This document shows positions 12,259 to 26,125 of a DNA stretch of 64,000 bases, in pieces (within the stretch, counting starts at the first letter, position 1; every line of letters starts with the position of its first letter). The stretch is from Eledone cirrhosa (lineage: Eukaryota): positions 31,000,001 through 31,064,000 of the forward strand of contig OZ024756.1 in the NCBI GenBank assembly GCA_964016885.1, in the 5' to 3' direction. The notes under the pieces are model-generated. The model saw only the letters and a list, made by a program, of their open reading frames with translations, did no database searches and was not told where the DNA came from. The position numbers and the translations under genes were made by a program.

Positions 12259-12470
12259 TGAATACACTCGCATAAATGCACACATGCATTCGTATCAACA
12301 TATGAATGCATATATATATTTATGTGGGTGAGTGTATAAGTGTATATATATATATATAACCACTGGTAAATGTAATAATTATCTTATGTTGTTTATTACA
12401 TAACTATATATATATATGGGTGAAAGCAGCGATTCTTTGCTTAAACTTTAATCTGTTATTTTAATAAATA
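11981..12470 (+). repeat. ~275-bp tandem duplication spanning a (TA)n tract
   Basis: cactgaatacactc..ctgttattttaataaat at 11981-12195 and 12256-12470, nearly identical; includes a family B end fragment. Confidence 0.9.
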
Positions 12471-12474
12471 TATA

Positions 12475-12586
<112 letters not shown>

Positions 12587-13302
12587 TTTGTATGGGTGTT
12601 TGCGTGTGTTGATGTTTATGAGAGTGTGCCTCTATGTACGTCTGTGTCTGTATGGATAGGCCAACAGAGTCGATAAACAAATGAACACACACACACACAC
12701 GCACATACACGCATAGCACACACACAAACGTATACACCCGCACATACACAGAACACCACACTGCTGCATATAAAGAACTTGGTTGAACAGGAGATGAAAT
12801 GAGGGAATAAGCTCAGTAAGGATTGGTGAGAATGAAACTATTAAAAGGCTGTTAGAACGGTATAAAAAACCTGAGTATCTGGAGGAAGTAGACAGAATCA
12901 CGTTTGTGTATTTGCGTTAAAATATATTTAATGTGAAATCATTTGTTGGAACAGAAATATTTTTATTTGGTTAGGGTCGTTCTGCCAATCAAAAAACACA
13001 TCTGTTCATCTCCACTTCTGTTTTTATTACTAATCAGGCAAAGGGTGGTGGATCAATGATGAGGAGGGGGATATATATATATATATATACATATATATAA
13101 TGTGTGCCTTCTTCTCCCTGATATACAACATATTTTCTCAAATCATTTCAACTTAACAGTTTGATAAACTGAGAAACCCAATTTTTTACACTTCTTGCCT
13201 CTGGACACACCAAGAAAATAACTAAGCCTACACTTTCTACTACACAGTCCACCCCCATTCATGTCAAATCATGAGATAGGTCATTCGGACACCATGCTTT
13301 GC

Positions 13303-14132
13303 AGCATAGAGCTATGGCTCTTTACGTTCTTAGTTCAAATCCTGTTGATGTTAGTTTTGCCTTTCATCCTTAGGGGCTAGATAAAATAAGGCACCAGTAA
13401 TCCACTGGAGTCGATTTAATCGACATTTCCTCTCCCAAACAATTGTTGGTCTATCATAAACCGTTTTTGCCTTTCATCCTTACAAGGATCGATAACATAA
13501 AGTACCAGTAATGCACTGGGGTAATTGCTTGCCTTGTGCCAAAAGTAGAAACAATTATTAATCAGGCGATTATTCCATCATTTGTATTTGGCGAGAGTCA
13601 TTCTGCCGATTAAAACACACACTTCGGTAATTTCCACCTCCATTTCATCGTTAAGGGTGCAATTATCCTATCAACACTGGGAGTGCTGGTAGGGCCTCGC
13701 AGCTGACCGGCCAAGGTAGCATAGAGCTATGGCTCTTTACGTTCTTAGTTCAAATCCTGTTGATGTTAGTTTTGCCTTTCATCCTTAGGGGCTAGATAAA
13801 ATAAGGCACCAGTAATCCACTGGAGTCGATTTAATCGACATTTCCTCTCCCAAACAATTGTTGGTCTATCATAAACCGTTTTTGCCTTTCATCCTTACAA
13901 GGATCGATAACATAAAGTACCAGTAATGCACTGGGGTAATTGCTTGCCTTGTGCCAAAAGTAGAAACAATTATTAATCAGGCGATTATTCCATCATTTGT
14001 ATTTGGCGAGAGTCATTCTGCCGATTAAAACACACGCTTCGGTAATTTCCACCTCCATTTCATCGTTAAGGGTGCAATTATCCCATCAACACTGGGAGTG
14101 CTGGTAGGGCCTCGCAGCTGACCGGCCAAGGT
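13303..14132 (+). repeat. 415-bp tandem duplication containing SINE-1 pieces and an RTE 5' junction
   Basis: 13303-13717 equals 13718-14132 apart from two substitutions seen; AG microhomology at the junction. Confidence 0.92.
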
Positions 14133-14393
14133 AGAGAAACACCCTTAATCAACATCTCCAAACATAGAAAGAGATGTTGTTAACTGCAACAGCGGACAGG
14201 AGAGCCCGGCGAAAGGAGCGCAATAAGTCCACCAGATCAGAGACCATATACAGATGTGTTCAATGTGACAGAGACTATCACTCACGTATAAGTCTGTTTA
14301 GCCACCGGAGACGCTGCTCCAGCTGAGCTGACAACAGGATTGCACCTATGATTAGCCTTGGCCGAAGGAAGCCTTAACTTAACTTAACTAATT
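14092..14393 (+). mobile_element. 5'-truncated RTE-type LINE 3' end with C-terminal zinc-finger-like motif (pseudogenised)
   Basis: Translates as W*GLAADRPR*RN..RRARRKER..YRCVQCDRDYHSRISLFSHRRRCSS*; (TAACT)n tail; TSD ccatcaaca at 14083-14091 and 14394-14402. Confidence 0.85.
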
Positions 14394-14464
14394 CCATCAA
14401 CAATATATGATAAGGGCCATTGATGATTTTCAATGATTCTTTATTATTTATCAGATAAAATCTA

Positions 14465-14625
14465 TACGCCATGCTTTGCAGTATAGAGTTATGACCCTTT
14501 ACGTTCTGAGTTCAAATTCCGCCGAGGGTAAATTTAGCTTTCATCCTTACGAGTTCGATAACAGAAACTATCAGTAACGCACTGAGATAATTGCTGGCCT
14601 TGTGCCAAAAGTAGAAACAATTATT
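14465..14625 (+). mobile_element. SINE family 1
   Basis: Match to 3178-3368. Confidence 0.85.
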
Positions 14626-14887
14626 TATCAGATAATTATTTCACTTGACGGGGATAGTTGGTTAACAGGACTGGAAGGGGTCTATACGAGTGTGATCAGA
14701 TGGCGCAGTTCATTAAGTCCGACGCCTTAACAATGGTGATAATTCCCACGACTTCGGGACAGATGTAATATTTATCGAACTTGAAGTGATAAGAGGCAAA
14801 GCCAGCCTCGGCGGGATTCTGCTTTCGATCGATTCATACTCAGAGAACATAAACAAATATTGCAATGTATTCTGTCCTACGCTTATA

Positions 14888-15002
<115 letters not shown>

Positions 15003-15007
15003 CACAC

Positions 15008-15051
<44 letters not shown>

Positions 15052-15067
15052 TTTATATATATATTTA

Positions 15068-15243
15068 TTTAGGCACAAGGCCAGCAATTAACCAGTGCAT
15101 TACTGGTACTTTATTTTATCGACCCCGTAAGGATGAAAGGCAAAGTCAACCTCGGCGGGATTTGAACTCAGATCGTAAAGGGACGTAACTATGCTGGAAA
15201 GCATGGCGTCCAACCCTCTACTGATACTGCCAATCCACCGCCC
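15068..15243 (-). mobile_element. SINE family 1, near full length
   Basis: Antisense match through head ..gccaatccaccgccc. Confidence 0.9.
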
Positions 15244-15247
15244 TAGT

Positions 15248-15490
<243 letters not shown>

Positions 15491-15498
15491 ATATATAC

Positions 15499-15586
<88 letters not shown>

Positions 15587-15611
15587 TTATATGTATATAT
15601 ATATATACATT

Positions 15612-15644
<33 letters not shown>

Positions 15645-15674
15645 CTGTATGTATTATATGTGTTGTGACGGGTG

Positions 15675-15721
<47 letters not shown>

Positions 15722-16248
15722 CTGTCTGTATGTATGTATGTATGTCTCTATGAAGAATATAACTGTTTATTTTCATCTCCATTCCATTTAGCTACTTGCA
15801 TCCAAGAACACATAATTTTCAGTTGATTGAAGTGGTGCGCTACTATTGACATTTCCATCAAACATTGAGAGAAGAGATGAAATTTAAATGTCGGTATTAC
15901 ACAACAAATACTAAATACTTGAGATTGTTCAAAACAAACAAGCAAACGATAGCTTAACGTATATTATAATGTAGGGAGGGGGAGAAGGGATAATATGTAA
16001 TGTTTCCGTACGGCTTCCCATGAAATGTTATATTAATGTACTATTATTAAGGCTACAATTTCCAGTTAGTAATTGTAGTGTATACATAGATACATATCTC
16101 CCTATCTCTCTATCTATATATCTCTATATCACTATTTCTCTCACTATCTCTCTCTATCTCTCTTTCTCCCCCCTCTCTCTCTCTCTCTCTCTTTCTAAAT
16201 ATATATATATAATCATATATATAAATATATATATATTTGTATAAACAC

Positions 16249-16326
<78 letters not shown>

Positions 16327-16781
16327 TTTCATATGTGTACATGTGAATATGCACATATATATATTCATACGAACATATGGTACATATACATCCACGCACT
16401 TATATACATGCATACATAGATACATAAATATATACATGCATACATACATAAATGCATTCATACATACACACATACATAATACATATATAAATACATATAG
16501 ACATACCTACGGACATACATACATACATACGTACGTACATACACACATACATACATACATACATACATACATACATGCATGCATACATACATACATACAT
16601 ACATACATACATACATACATACATACATACATACATACATACATACATACATACATACATACATACATACATACGTACGTAGGCACTTATAAATATAAAC
16701 TTTCCCAGAGTTGTATTAACAGTCAATTGAATTGCAATGACAGTATTAGAGAAATCAATCAAAATAAGAATAAAATCCTAC

Positions 16782-16871
16782 CTTAAAGCATTTGTTTTTC
16801 TCATTTTAACATTATCCATTAACTTCATTTCGTGTGTTTCGATCTTCATTGGTTGTGCTCCATCATGGCCA
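16782..16871 (-). CDS. Candidate 90-bp internal exon (product unknown)
   Basis: Minus strand acceptor ..ccatcggcag, open frame GHDGAQPMKIETHEMKLMDNVKMRKTNALR, donor AG|gtagga; phase 2-2. Confidence 0.3.
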
Positions 16872-18459
16872 CTGCCGATGGGTTGGAACAGGTAAACGAG
16901 TAAATGGATAAAATTATAATTAAATGGAGATAGTTGGTGTATATACTTCTAAGATTTCATATGGACAAGTTAAGTGTGTGTATGTCTCTCTCTCTCTCTC
17001 TCTGTGTATGTGTGTGTGTGTGTGTGGAGGTGTGGGTGTCTGTGTGTATGTGTGTGTGTCTGTCTGTTTACGCTGTTTCGTACCATTCCATAGCAAGTCC
17101 AGGTAAAAGTCAGATTTGTAGGTAAAATTAGATAGATGGAGACTGTTTGCCGGTAAATCGAATTAACTGTACCATTAATCCATAGGTATAGCCTTATCAC
17201 ATTCAGTGTCACTCTGAATCACCTCTAGAATTATGCGAAAGGTATACACGTTTGAAGAATATTCAGCCACTTGCTCTGTATTGCATTCATACATGCATGC
17301 ATGGTCCCGTATTTCCTGAGGGAATCACAATACCGTCTCATTGACATACGCCTCTTCTAGGGTATTTTAAAAGCTGGCAGAGCCCATCACCTCTTCAGGT
17401 CTATATACAGCTGATTTCTCGCAGAGATGAATAGATAGTGAGAGAATGGTTATGAAAAAGAGATATAAAGGAAAAATTGAACCCAGTAGTAAACTGGTAG
17501 TTTATTTAGTGGCCTTGAATGGATGAAAGGCAAAGCTCTATATTACAAACTGAAATGTACCTGTAATCCAAATAGCCAGCAATTCCTACAATGTGACACC
17601 TTGAACTCCCAAGAAAATTTTGTTAACGCTATGGCAGCTTGTGGAATACTCAGTTACTTGTATATTCAAACGGCCGGAAAAATAAACTGAAATGATCTTT
17701 ACCGCTTTTTGAAAGAAATCACCTCTACATTGTTTTCATAATTATCATATACAAGAAAACACTTCAACATACATAGTTATCAAACATCGGAGTATCAATT
17801 CAAGCCAATTTTAAATTAATGTAGCGATATCTTCCTACTACTGATATTGTTGTCTTATTACATTATCTAAGCCTGATATATTCATTGCTTTATGAACAAC
17901 TAGAAAATATGTGTCTATATGTTAATTCTCAGAAGTTTAGATAAGAGTCAGGTATATAATACATATTTAGCTGGTTCTATCAGTTTTACACGACGCTGTA
18001 TATCTCTAACACGCGCTCTCTCTATCTCTCTCTCGTTCTCTCTCTCTATCTCCCCCTCTCTCTCGCCCTCTCTCTCTCTCTCTCTCTCTCTCGCTCTCTC
18101 TCTGTTTCTTTCGATCCCTCTTTCTCTCTTGTTCCCTCTCGCTTTCTCAAAAACTCACTCTCCCTCGCGGAATTACTCGTACCCACAAACATAAACACAC
18201 ACATATATGTATGAATATATGCATATATACAGAGAGAGAGAGATGAGAGAGAGAGATACATATATTTATGTATATATAGACATATACCTACATATTTATA
18301 CATAAATACTATAAATAATATATATATTTCAAGGGTACCAACATTTTGGTACGCTATCATCAGATAAAATACGAAGTGTGTTTTATAAATGTTGACATAA
18401 CCAAGGAGAATATACCTTAACGGTTCAAGTTATCCTATTAATATCATTGTATATTATAT

Positions 18460-18615
18460 AATTGTTTCTACTTTCGGCACAAGGCCAGCAAATACCCAGT
18501 GCATTACTGGTACTTTATTTTATCGACCCCGTAAGGATGAAAGGCAAAGTCTACCTCGTAAAGGGACGTAGCTATACTGGAAAGCATGGCGTGCGACCCT
18601 CTACCGATACTGCCA
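18460..18615 (-). mobile_element. SINE family 1 with internal deletion of the B-box region
   Basis: acctcg joined directly to taaaggg; flanked by the direct repeat tattaatatcattgtatattatata. Confidence 0.85.
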
Positions 18616-18639
18616 AATACAATGATATTAATATCATTG

Positions 18640-18700
<61 letters not shown>

Positions 18701-18806
18701 TGTTTGTATGTATGAATGTATGTATGTGTGTGTGTGTATGTATGTACATATGCACGCATGATAGTATTTTATGTAGTTAGATAGTTTTTTATGTATGAAT
18801 GTATAG

Positions 18807-18883
<77 letters not shown>

Positions 18884-18888
18884 TATAT

Positions 18889-18949
<61 letters not shown>

Positions 18950-19214
18950 ATTCTATACATTCATACATACATACATACATACATGCATACATACATTATC
19001 ACACACATATTTTCACATCTATATGGAGAGACAATGTCAGGAACAGGAATAAAATGGATGAAAAGGGCCTGATATGATGAATGACGATATGAAATGGCAG
19101 TAGAATGTGATATCTCCATTGGGAATATGAGATATCAGTATTCTGAAAGACTAACTTTGTATATGTGGAATATTCTCATAAAATACGATTGTGTATCATA
19201 TACTCTTACATATA

Positions 19215-20140
19215 ATGGTTTGGTGTGGTGTGGTATTCTAGATAATACTGTGGTGTGGTGTGGAGTGGTTTGGGGTGGGTGGGGTGAGGTGGGGTGGGGT
19301 CGTGTAGGGTGGTGTGGTGTGGTGTGGTGTGGTTTGTTGTGGTGTGGAGTGGTTTGATGTGGTTTGGAGGGGTGTGGTATTCTTGATGTACTGTGGTGTG
19401 GAGTGGTGTGGTATGGTGTGGTGTGGTTTGTTGTGGTGTGGAGTGGTTTGGTGTGGTTTGGTGTGGTTTGGTGTGGTTTGGTGTGGTTTGGTGTGGTGTG
19501 GAGTGGTTTGGTGTTGTGTGGTGTGGTGTTCTAGATGATACTATTTTGCATATGATCTGAAATTCCATAGAATCCTCATGATGTTCCATAGAATACCAAT
19601 GTGTGTGTAGTATCGTGTTCCATAGTATACCAGTGTTTGTGTGGTGTGGTGTTCCATAGTATAGCAGTTTTTGTGTGGTGTGGTGTACTGTGGTATGATG
19701 TTCCAGAGGTTATCATTGTGTGTATATAAGGGCGGTGGATTGGCAGTATCGGTAGAGGTTAAGACACCATACTTTGCAGCATAGAGTTATGACCCTACAC
19801 GTTCTGAGTTCAAATCCCATCGAAATTAGCTTTTCCATACTATACCAGTGTGTGTGTGTTGTGTGGTGTTCCATAGTATACTAGTGTAGGTGTGGTGTGG
19901 TGTGGTGTGGTGTGGTGGGGTGTGGTGTGGTTTGGTGTATTGTGGTTTTCCAGAAGATACTATTGTGTGTATCATATGATGTTCCATAGAATACCAATAT
20001 GTGTGTAGTATGGTGTTCCAAAGAATGCCATTTGTGAATCTATTGCGTTCCAAAGAATACCATTATGTGTGTCGTATAACGTTCCATAGAATACCATAGT
20101 GTATGTGGTATGGAAATCTATAGAATACGATTGTATGTGC
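19215..20140 (+). repeat. (GTGTG/GTTTG)n pentamer array grading into a degenerate gttccatagaatacca minisatellite; contains a SINE-1 5' half at 19729-19830
   Basis: Direct inspection. Confidence 0.85.
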
Positions 20141-20367
20141 GGTATGATTGTTCATTTATCACATTCACTACCATTGCATTTTATTTGTGGTAGTGAATGT
20201 GATAAATGAATCACTAATGTAGGTGGGGGAATGGGTGATGCTGATGATGATGATGGTGTTGGTGGCGTTGGTGGTGTTGCTGTTGCTGTTGTTGTTGGTT
20301 GTGGAGGTGGTAGTGGTGTGGTTGCTGGTGTTGGTGCGTCAGTTCTTTGTATTATTTAGTAATCTAA

Positions 20368-20822
20368 GGGCGTTGGATTGGCAGAATCAGTAGAGCATCA
20401 GACAATATATTTTGTGGCATAGAATTACGGCCCTTTGCGCCCTGAGTTCAAATCTTGTCGAATTTAGCTTTGCCTTACATCCTTTCGGAGTCAACAAAAT
20501 AAAATACCAGTAATGCATTGGTTTCGATTTAGTCAAAATCCCCCCCCCCCCCTAAAATTGCTAGCCTTGTTACCTATAGTAGAAATCATTATTTAGTAAG
20601 CTAGGACGGTGGATTGTTAGTATCGTTAGAGTTTCAGACAACATGCTTTGCAGCACAGAGTTACGGTCCTTTATGATATGAGTTCAAATCCCGCCGAGGT
20701 TAACTTTACCCTTCATCCTTGCGAGGTCGGTAAAATAAAGTACCAGTAATGCACTGGAATCGATTTAATCGACTTCCCCCCAATCCCAAATTGCTGGCCT
20801 CGTGCCTAAATCAGAAACCATT
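20368..20822 (+). mobile_element. Two head-to-tail SINE family 1 copies
   Basis: 20368-20590 and 20604-20822; attatttagtaa occurs before, between and after them. Confidence 0.88.
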
Positions 20823-21053
20823 ATTTAGTAAGTTATTACATGTGTTCTGTGTTCAAATCCCAACTCCTTCTTTTAAGAGTTCCAACCGGGAAATAGTATC
20901 AGCTATTTAAGACTAATGAAGACATAGTTTCATTAATGCTATGTATGGATGAATCCATTTTATTATTATTATTTTTTTTTTTTTGTTCTGTTCGATACTA
21001 CTTCTTCGTTTGTGGTTGACGGTGTAGCGTGACGCCATTATCTATTTCAAGAT

Positions 21054-21243
21054 GGCGGCGGATTGTCAGTTTCGGTAGAGGGTCGGACAACATGCTTTGC
21101 ATCACAGAGTTATGTCCCTTTACGGACTGAGTTTAAATCCCGCCCAGGTTAACTTTGCCTTTCGTCCTTACGGGGTCGATAAAATAAAGTACCAGTAATG
21201 TACTGGGATAATTGCTGGCCTTCTGCCAAAGGTAGAAACAATT
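21054..21243 (+). mobile_element. Full-length SINE family 1
   Basis: Match to 3178-3368; TSD-like tctatttc(a/t)agatg on both sides. Confidence 0.9.
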
Positions 21244-22398
21244 GTCTATTTCTAGATGTAATATATGAAAAAAATAAACAAATTGAAGTATTTAAATACA
21301 TAAAAAATATACAACCTTTACTGTCATACCCCGGTCAGCGCGTTGACTTCTTCCAACATTTTAATAAAAGACAATGTGTAAAAAATAAAAAGTTATATCC
21401 TAATTTATATTATTTTCGACAGTTACACTAGAAAATCTTTGAGAAGAGACATCTAAACAGGTCAGTGTCTGATAATCCCACTGATGATGATCATGATAAT
21501 AATAATAATAATGATAATAATAATATGGACATGTGTATATATATATAATGTTTTTTTATTATAATCAAATCAATGTTCTGTATTGACTGACTTACCAATG
21601 CACACTGTGAATGTATTTGCCCTAGGTGTCAGGAAGACACTCGGCATATATCTCAGAAACAATAATGAAAGAAAATAGAAAAATAATAATAATAATGATA
21701 ATAACAACAACTACAACAACAATAACAGAACAGCAACGCCAACAGTGACAACAAAAAAACAGTGACAATAATAATAGTTTTAATTGTTTTCATTTAAAAT
21801 TATTCTCTCTCTTATTGTTACGTGGAAATAAATTTTGTATCAAATTAATTAATTTGTAATTTTATGCAAAATATTTTTATTTATTTATTTATTTATTCAT
21901 TTATTTGTTTATACATTTATATGGTAATTATTTTGTTGGTTGTTTTTTTTTTTTTTTTTTTTTTTTCTAAACTTGTATTCTGAGGTTTTTGTTTCTCGAG
22001 TGGAAAAAAATCTTCTAGAAAATTCTTCCTATATGGATTAAAATAACAAAGTTAGAAAAATTTGAAATACACTTTAAAAAAAGGTGAATATAAACTGCAA
22101 AGAAAAAATAACGCAAAGACAATAACGGCGCCATTTTCTTTTCTCCAAAGCAGAAATAAAATAGAAAATTGAAAAAAATGAAAAAAACATAAAGTAAATA
22201 AATTATAATACATGGATGAAAAACAAAGAAATTAATAAACTAGCAAATGACACTTGACGAAACTAACTACAATATGTATTAAATGAATTGCGACGAATTT
22301 TAAATGATGATTAATTAATTAAAAACTTAAGTTATCGCTACGGAATAACATTATTGTATACACATTAGGTGGTGTATTAATTAGTAATAGATAGGACC

Positions 22399-22546
22399 AT
22401 GATAATAGTAATTATGATGATTATAACGACGACGATGATGATGATGATGATAACGACAATGATGATGATAACGACGATGATGATGTTTATGATGATGATA
22501 ATGTTTATGATGATGATGATGAAGTTAATAGAAATAAAAACAAAGA

Positions 22547-22606
<60 letters not shown>

Positions 22607-22770
22607 GTTGTTGTTGTTGTTGTTGTTATCATCGTCATCAACATCATAATCACTATCATTAGAATTATTATCATCATCATCATCATCATCATCATCATAA
22701 TCATTAACGTTATTATAAATATGATGACTATGATGATGCTGATAATGATGGTGGTAGTGGTGGAGGTGAA

Positions 22771-22824
<54 letters not shown>

Positions 22825-22922
22825 ATTTATAATAACCTTAATGATTATGATGATGGTGACGATGGTGATGATGATGATAACTCTCATTATAATGGTTATG
22901 ATGTTGATGGTGGTGATGGTGA

Positions 22923-22958
<36 letters not shown>

Positions 22959-23220
22959 CTTTCACCAAGAACAGCAGCAGCGGCAGCGGCAGTATCATAA
23001 TAATATTAATAATAACAACAATACCGAATTTGATAATAACCATAGTAAAATATAATAATATTATTAACGATGGTCGGAGCTGGGGATTATAGTCAGAAGA
23101 GTAATTAAGTTATATATAATAGTGACTGTAATGACAACAACAACAACAACAACAACAACAACATCAACAATGTTATCATTAGCGATAACAATAATAAAAA
23201 TAATAATAATAATATTGTTA
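22399..23220. repeat. Compound trinucleotide microsatellites (GAT, ATT, CAT, AAC)
   Basis: Direct inspection. Confidence 0.9.
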
Positions 23221-23867
23221 ACATAAGGATAATTATTTAATATAGAAGGTAACATGGACGTATGCATATTCGTATGCACACACATTTCATGAGATTCAAC
23301 GAGAAGATAGCTGGCGCCATTGTCATATATTGCATCGAATTAATTGATTTTTTTTTTTTTTTATATGTATATTAAAAAAAAATGGAAGCTAAATTTCCAG
23401 TTTAATTAATTAACCTAGTGTATATTAAGCTTAGTTACGAACCTAATTAGTTTATGAGAGAACTATGCAAAATATTTTACCTGCAAAACTTAAAACTTAC
23501 AACTTTTCTGCTACATAACGTTAAATCGATAGATGATTAAGTTGAACGATACAAAGACCAAAAAACAAACAAACATGGAAGATATGAAAAACAGTTATAA
23601 AAAAGAAAGAAAGAAAAACAAAGCAAGAAAGAAATAAAAACAAAGCAAGAAAGAAAGAAAGCAGAAAAGAAATATGAAAGAAACAAATAATTAAACAAAG
23701 CTAACTTAATGAAAAATGGTTAAACACAAACTAAAACATTTAAAAAATCGGAACATACAGCTGATTAGTTTTCTCTCTCCAAAGCATGTTTTAAAATAGA
23801 TTAGTGTTAAAATGTTATTCCTAATACAGAGCTTATGACTAAAGTAATACTGACGACGATTACAATA

Positions 23868-24163
23868 ATAATTGTTTCTACTTTTGGCACAAGGCCAGCA
23901 AATACCCAGTGCATTACTGGTACTTTATTTTATCGACCCCGTAAGGATGAAAGGCAAAGTTAACCTCAGCGGGATTTGAACTCAGATTGTAAAGGCACGT
24001 AACTACGCTGGATTACTATAATAATGGTTTCTCATATAGGCACAAGGCCAGAAATTTTGGGGCAGGGGAAATTCGATTAAACCGCCCCAGTACGTTACTG
24101 GTGCTTTATTTTATCGACCCCCGTAAGGATGACAGGCAAAGTTAACCTCGGTGGGATTTGAAT
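23868..24163 (-). mobile_element. Two tandem SINE family 1 copies
   Basis: Antisense matches at 23868-24011 and 24023-24163. Confidence 0.88.
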
Positions 24164-24425
24164 TATTACAGCAGAGATCCGACGATCTTTTAATTCCAGA
24201 GTCGGGCTAGATCGACACAGATCGAACCTTGAGCTGATTAATAGCAAAACGCGCGTCCCAATCAATCACCGTAATAAAAGTTTAACAAATTGTCCTTGTA
24301 TTATTATATTACACTTTGTGTAGCTCTACATGTCGCCACTGACGTGAACCTAAACATCGGGTGATCACCGAGGTTAACCTACAGTAACTTCACGTACAAT
24401 CCCTGGATAAATAGATCTCAACAAG

Positions 24426-24637
24426 AATGGACCTGACCTGTTATTGTTATATAAATACATTTTTTCCAATTCCACCCCGCCCGTCCCTTCAATCTATCTT
24501 ATTTCTCATTCTTTCTTCTGACAAAAGACTAGCGTCTGAAACGTTAAGACTCTCTTCCTGCTATTTCAAGCGTCAACCTAATATATTCCTTCCATTTACT
24601 GTACCGATTGTGTTGTTATTTCTGTTTACCTTTTACA
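24426..24637 (+). mobile_element. PLE-like family C with minimal HHR remnant (24514-24549)
   Basis: tctt-CTGACAA-aagac tagc gtct-GAAACGTT-aaga; ends in (TA)n; homologous to 39758-39968, 31935-32070 (-) and 28209-28295. Confidence 0.7.
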
Positions 24638-24644
24638 TATATAC

Positions 24645-24742
<98 letters not shown>

Positions 24743-24942
24743 TTAATTAAGCAAAACAAGACCACAAATTTCACAAGGAAGACATTATTAAAAGATTGTC
24801 AACATAGTTTTAGTTTAATGCATATTGCACATTGAACACATGCCTTTACGCTTTGGCTTCTAACTAATTCACCAATCTCTCTTCTCCTCTCCTATCTCCT
24901 CTCCTATCTCCATCTCTCTCTTTAAGATTGGTTACTCTTGAA

Positions 24943-25001
<59 letters not shown>

Positions 25002-25478
25002 TAGCATATATATCAGGATATCTCTGAATAGAAACCATTTCATTTCTGGTAATATTTCATTTGAGTCACGATCTTATGTAAGATTTGGTCATTATTTGGT
25101 CATTCTGAATAGTTCTATTACATCTATTTATATTCCAGCCATGATGACGTGTCGCTAGAGAAATTCAATGCTGAATGAAGTCAGTGGAATGCAATTGCAT
25201 AGACAGCAAACAACATCATTTAAAAAATTTATTTACTGACACAATCGGGTATAAATATTTAATGCGAAGAAAAAAACATGACGTATTAAAACAGCAAGTG
25301 TAACAGCAATACTAACAACATTAACAAGAACACAAGTGGACAAATACGTAGACACATTCCACAAAATCTTTTTTAGAAAAGTGGAAAAAATCACATCATT
25401 TTAACCTTTTTCAACGACACCAACATCGTACAAATATCAAACATCTCTCTATATATATGTATATATATATATATCAAA

Positions 25479-25529
<51 letters not shown>

Positions 25530-25552
25530 ACAGACCTTCCATCTCAACTCTA

Positions 25553-25588
25553 CTTTTGAAAAGCAGAAGAACTGCGAAACCGGTAAAG
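25553..25588 (+). ncRNA. Minimal type I hammerhead, U3-A8 variant
   Basis: ctt-TTGAAAA-gcag aagaa ctgc-GAA-ACCGGT-A-aag within a ~70-bp island between TA runs. Confidence 0.75.
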
Positions 25589-25988
25589 GAACCAAATAAA
25601 TATATATATATTTTTTTAAATAAGACTCCAGTTTCATTTTCGATTTTATCTTTTTATATATATATATATACTTAAAATCAAAAGTGTTATGGCGCATGAT
25701 TCTGATATTCTCAGACATGACATCCCTAATTGGTACTATATATTGGTACTATATATATATTCCTTGACAGAATATTGGGACAAAAATAGACACGTTTTTT
25801 CCAAAGGCTTTTATCTCCGTGCTGTTAAGAATGGCACATCTTTTTTAGGATCAATAAATAAAATACAAGTCCAAGGTAATGTAAGGGTGGAATTGTCAAA
25901 TGTTTGGACGAAGGATACTATCGACAGTTGATCGACTTACGTCAAATGGTACCGGGGAAATAATGTTAATACTATCAATCGGTCGCAA

Positions 25989-26125
25989 CTCCAGCTAAAA
26001 GGAGCAACGTGAAATAAAGTGGTGTCTTGCTCAAGGACATAACGCATCACCCGGTCCAGGAATAGAACTCACAACCTCACGATTACGAATCCATTTCTCT
26101 AAGCACTCAGTGGTGACGCCTTCAC
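25989..26125 (-). mobile_element. SINE family 2 (tRNA head plus CORE-like segment)
   Basis: Antisense of gtgaaggcg..gtgagttctattcc..gtccttgagcaagacac..tttatttcacgttgctcc. Confidence 0.75.

Noticed and set aside
12745-12905. Coding-like purine-rich island
   Set aside because: Stops interrupt the plus frames; no recognisable motif or splice sites
23470-23500. Minus-strand ttttgcag|gtaaaa as a recursive splice site
   Set aside because: Weak donor and short pyrimidine tract; likely chance without RNA data
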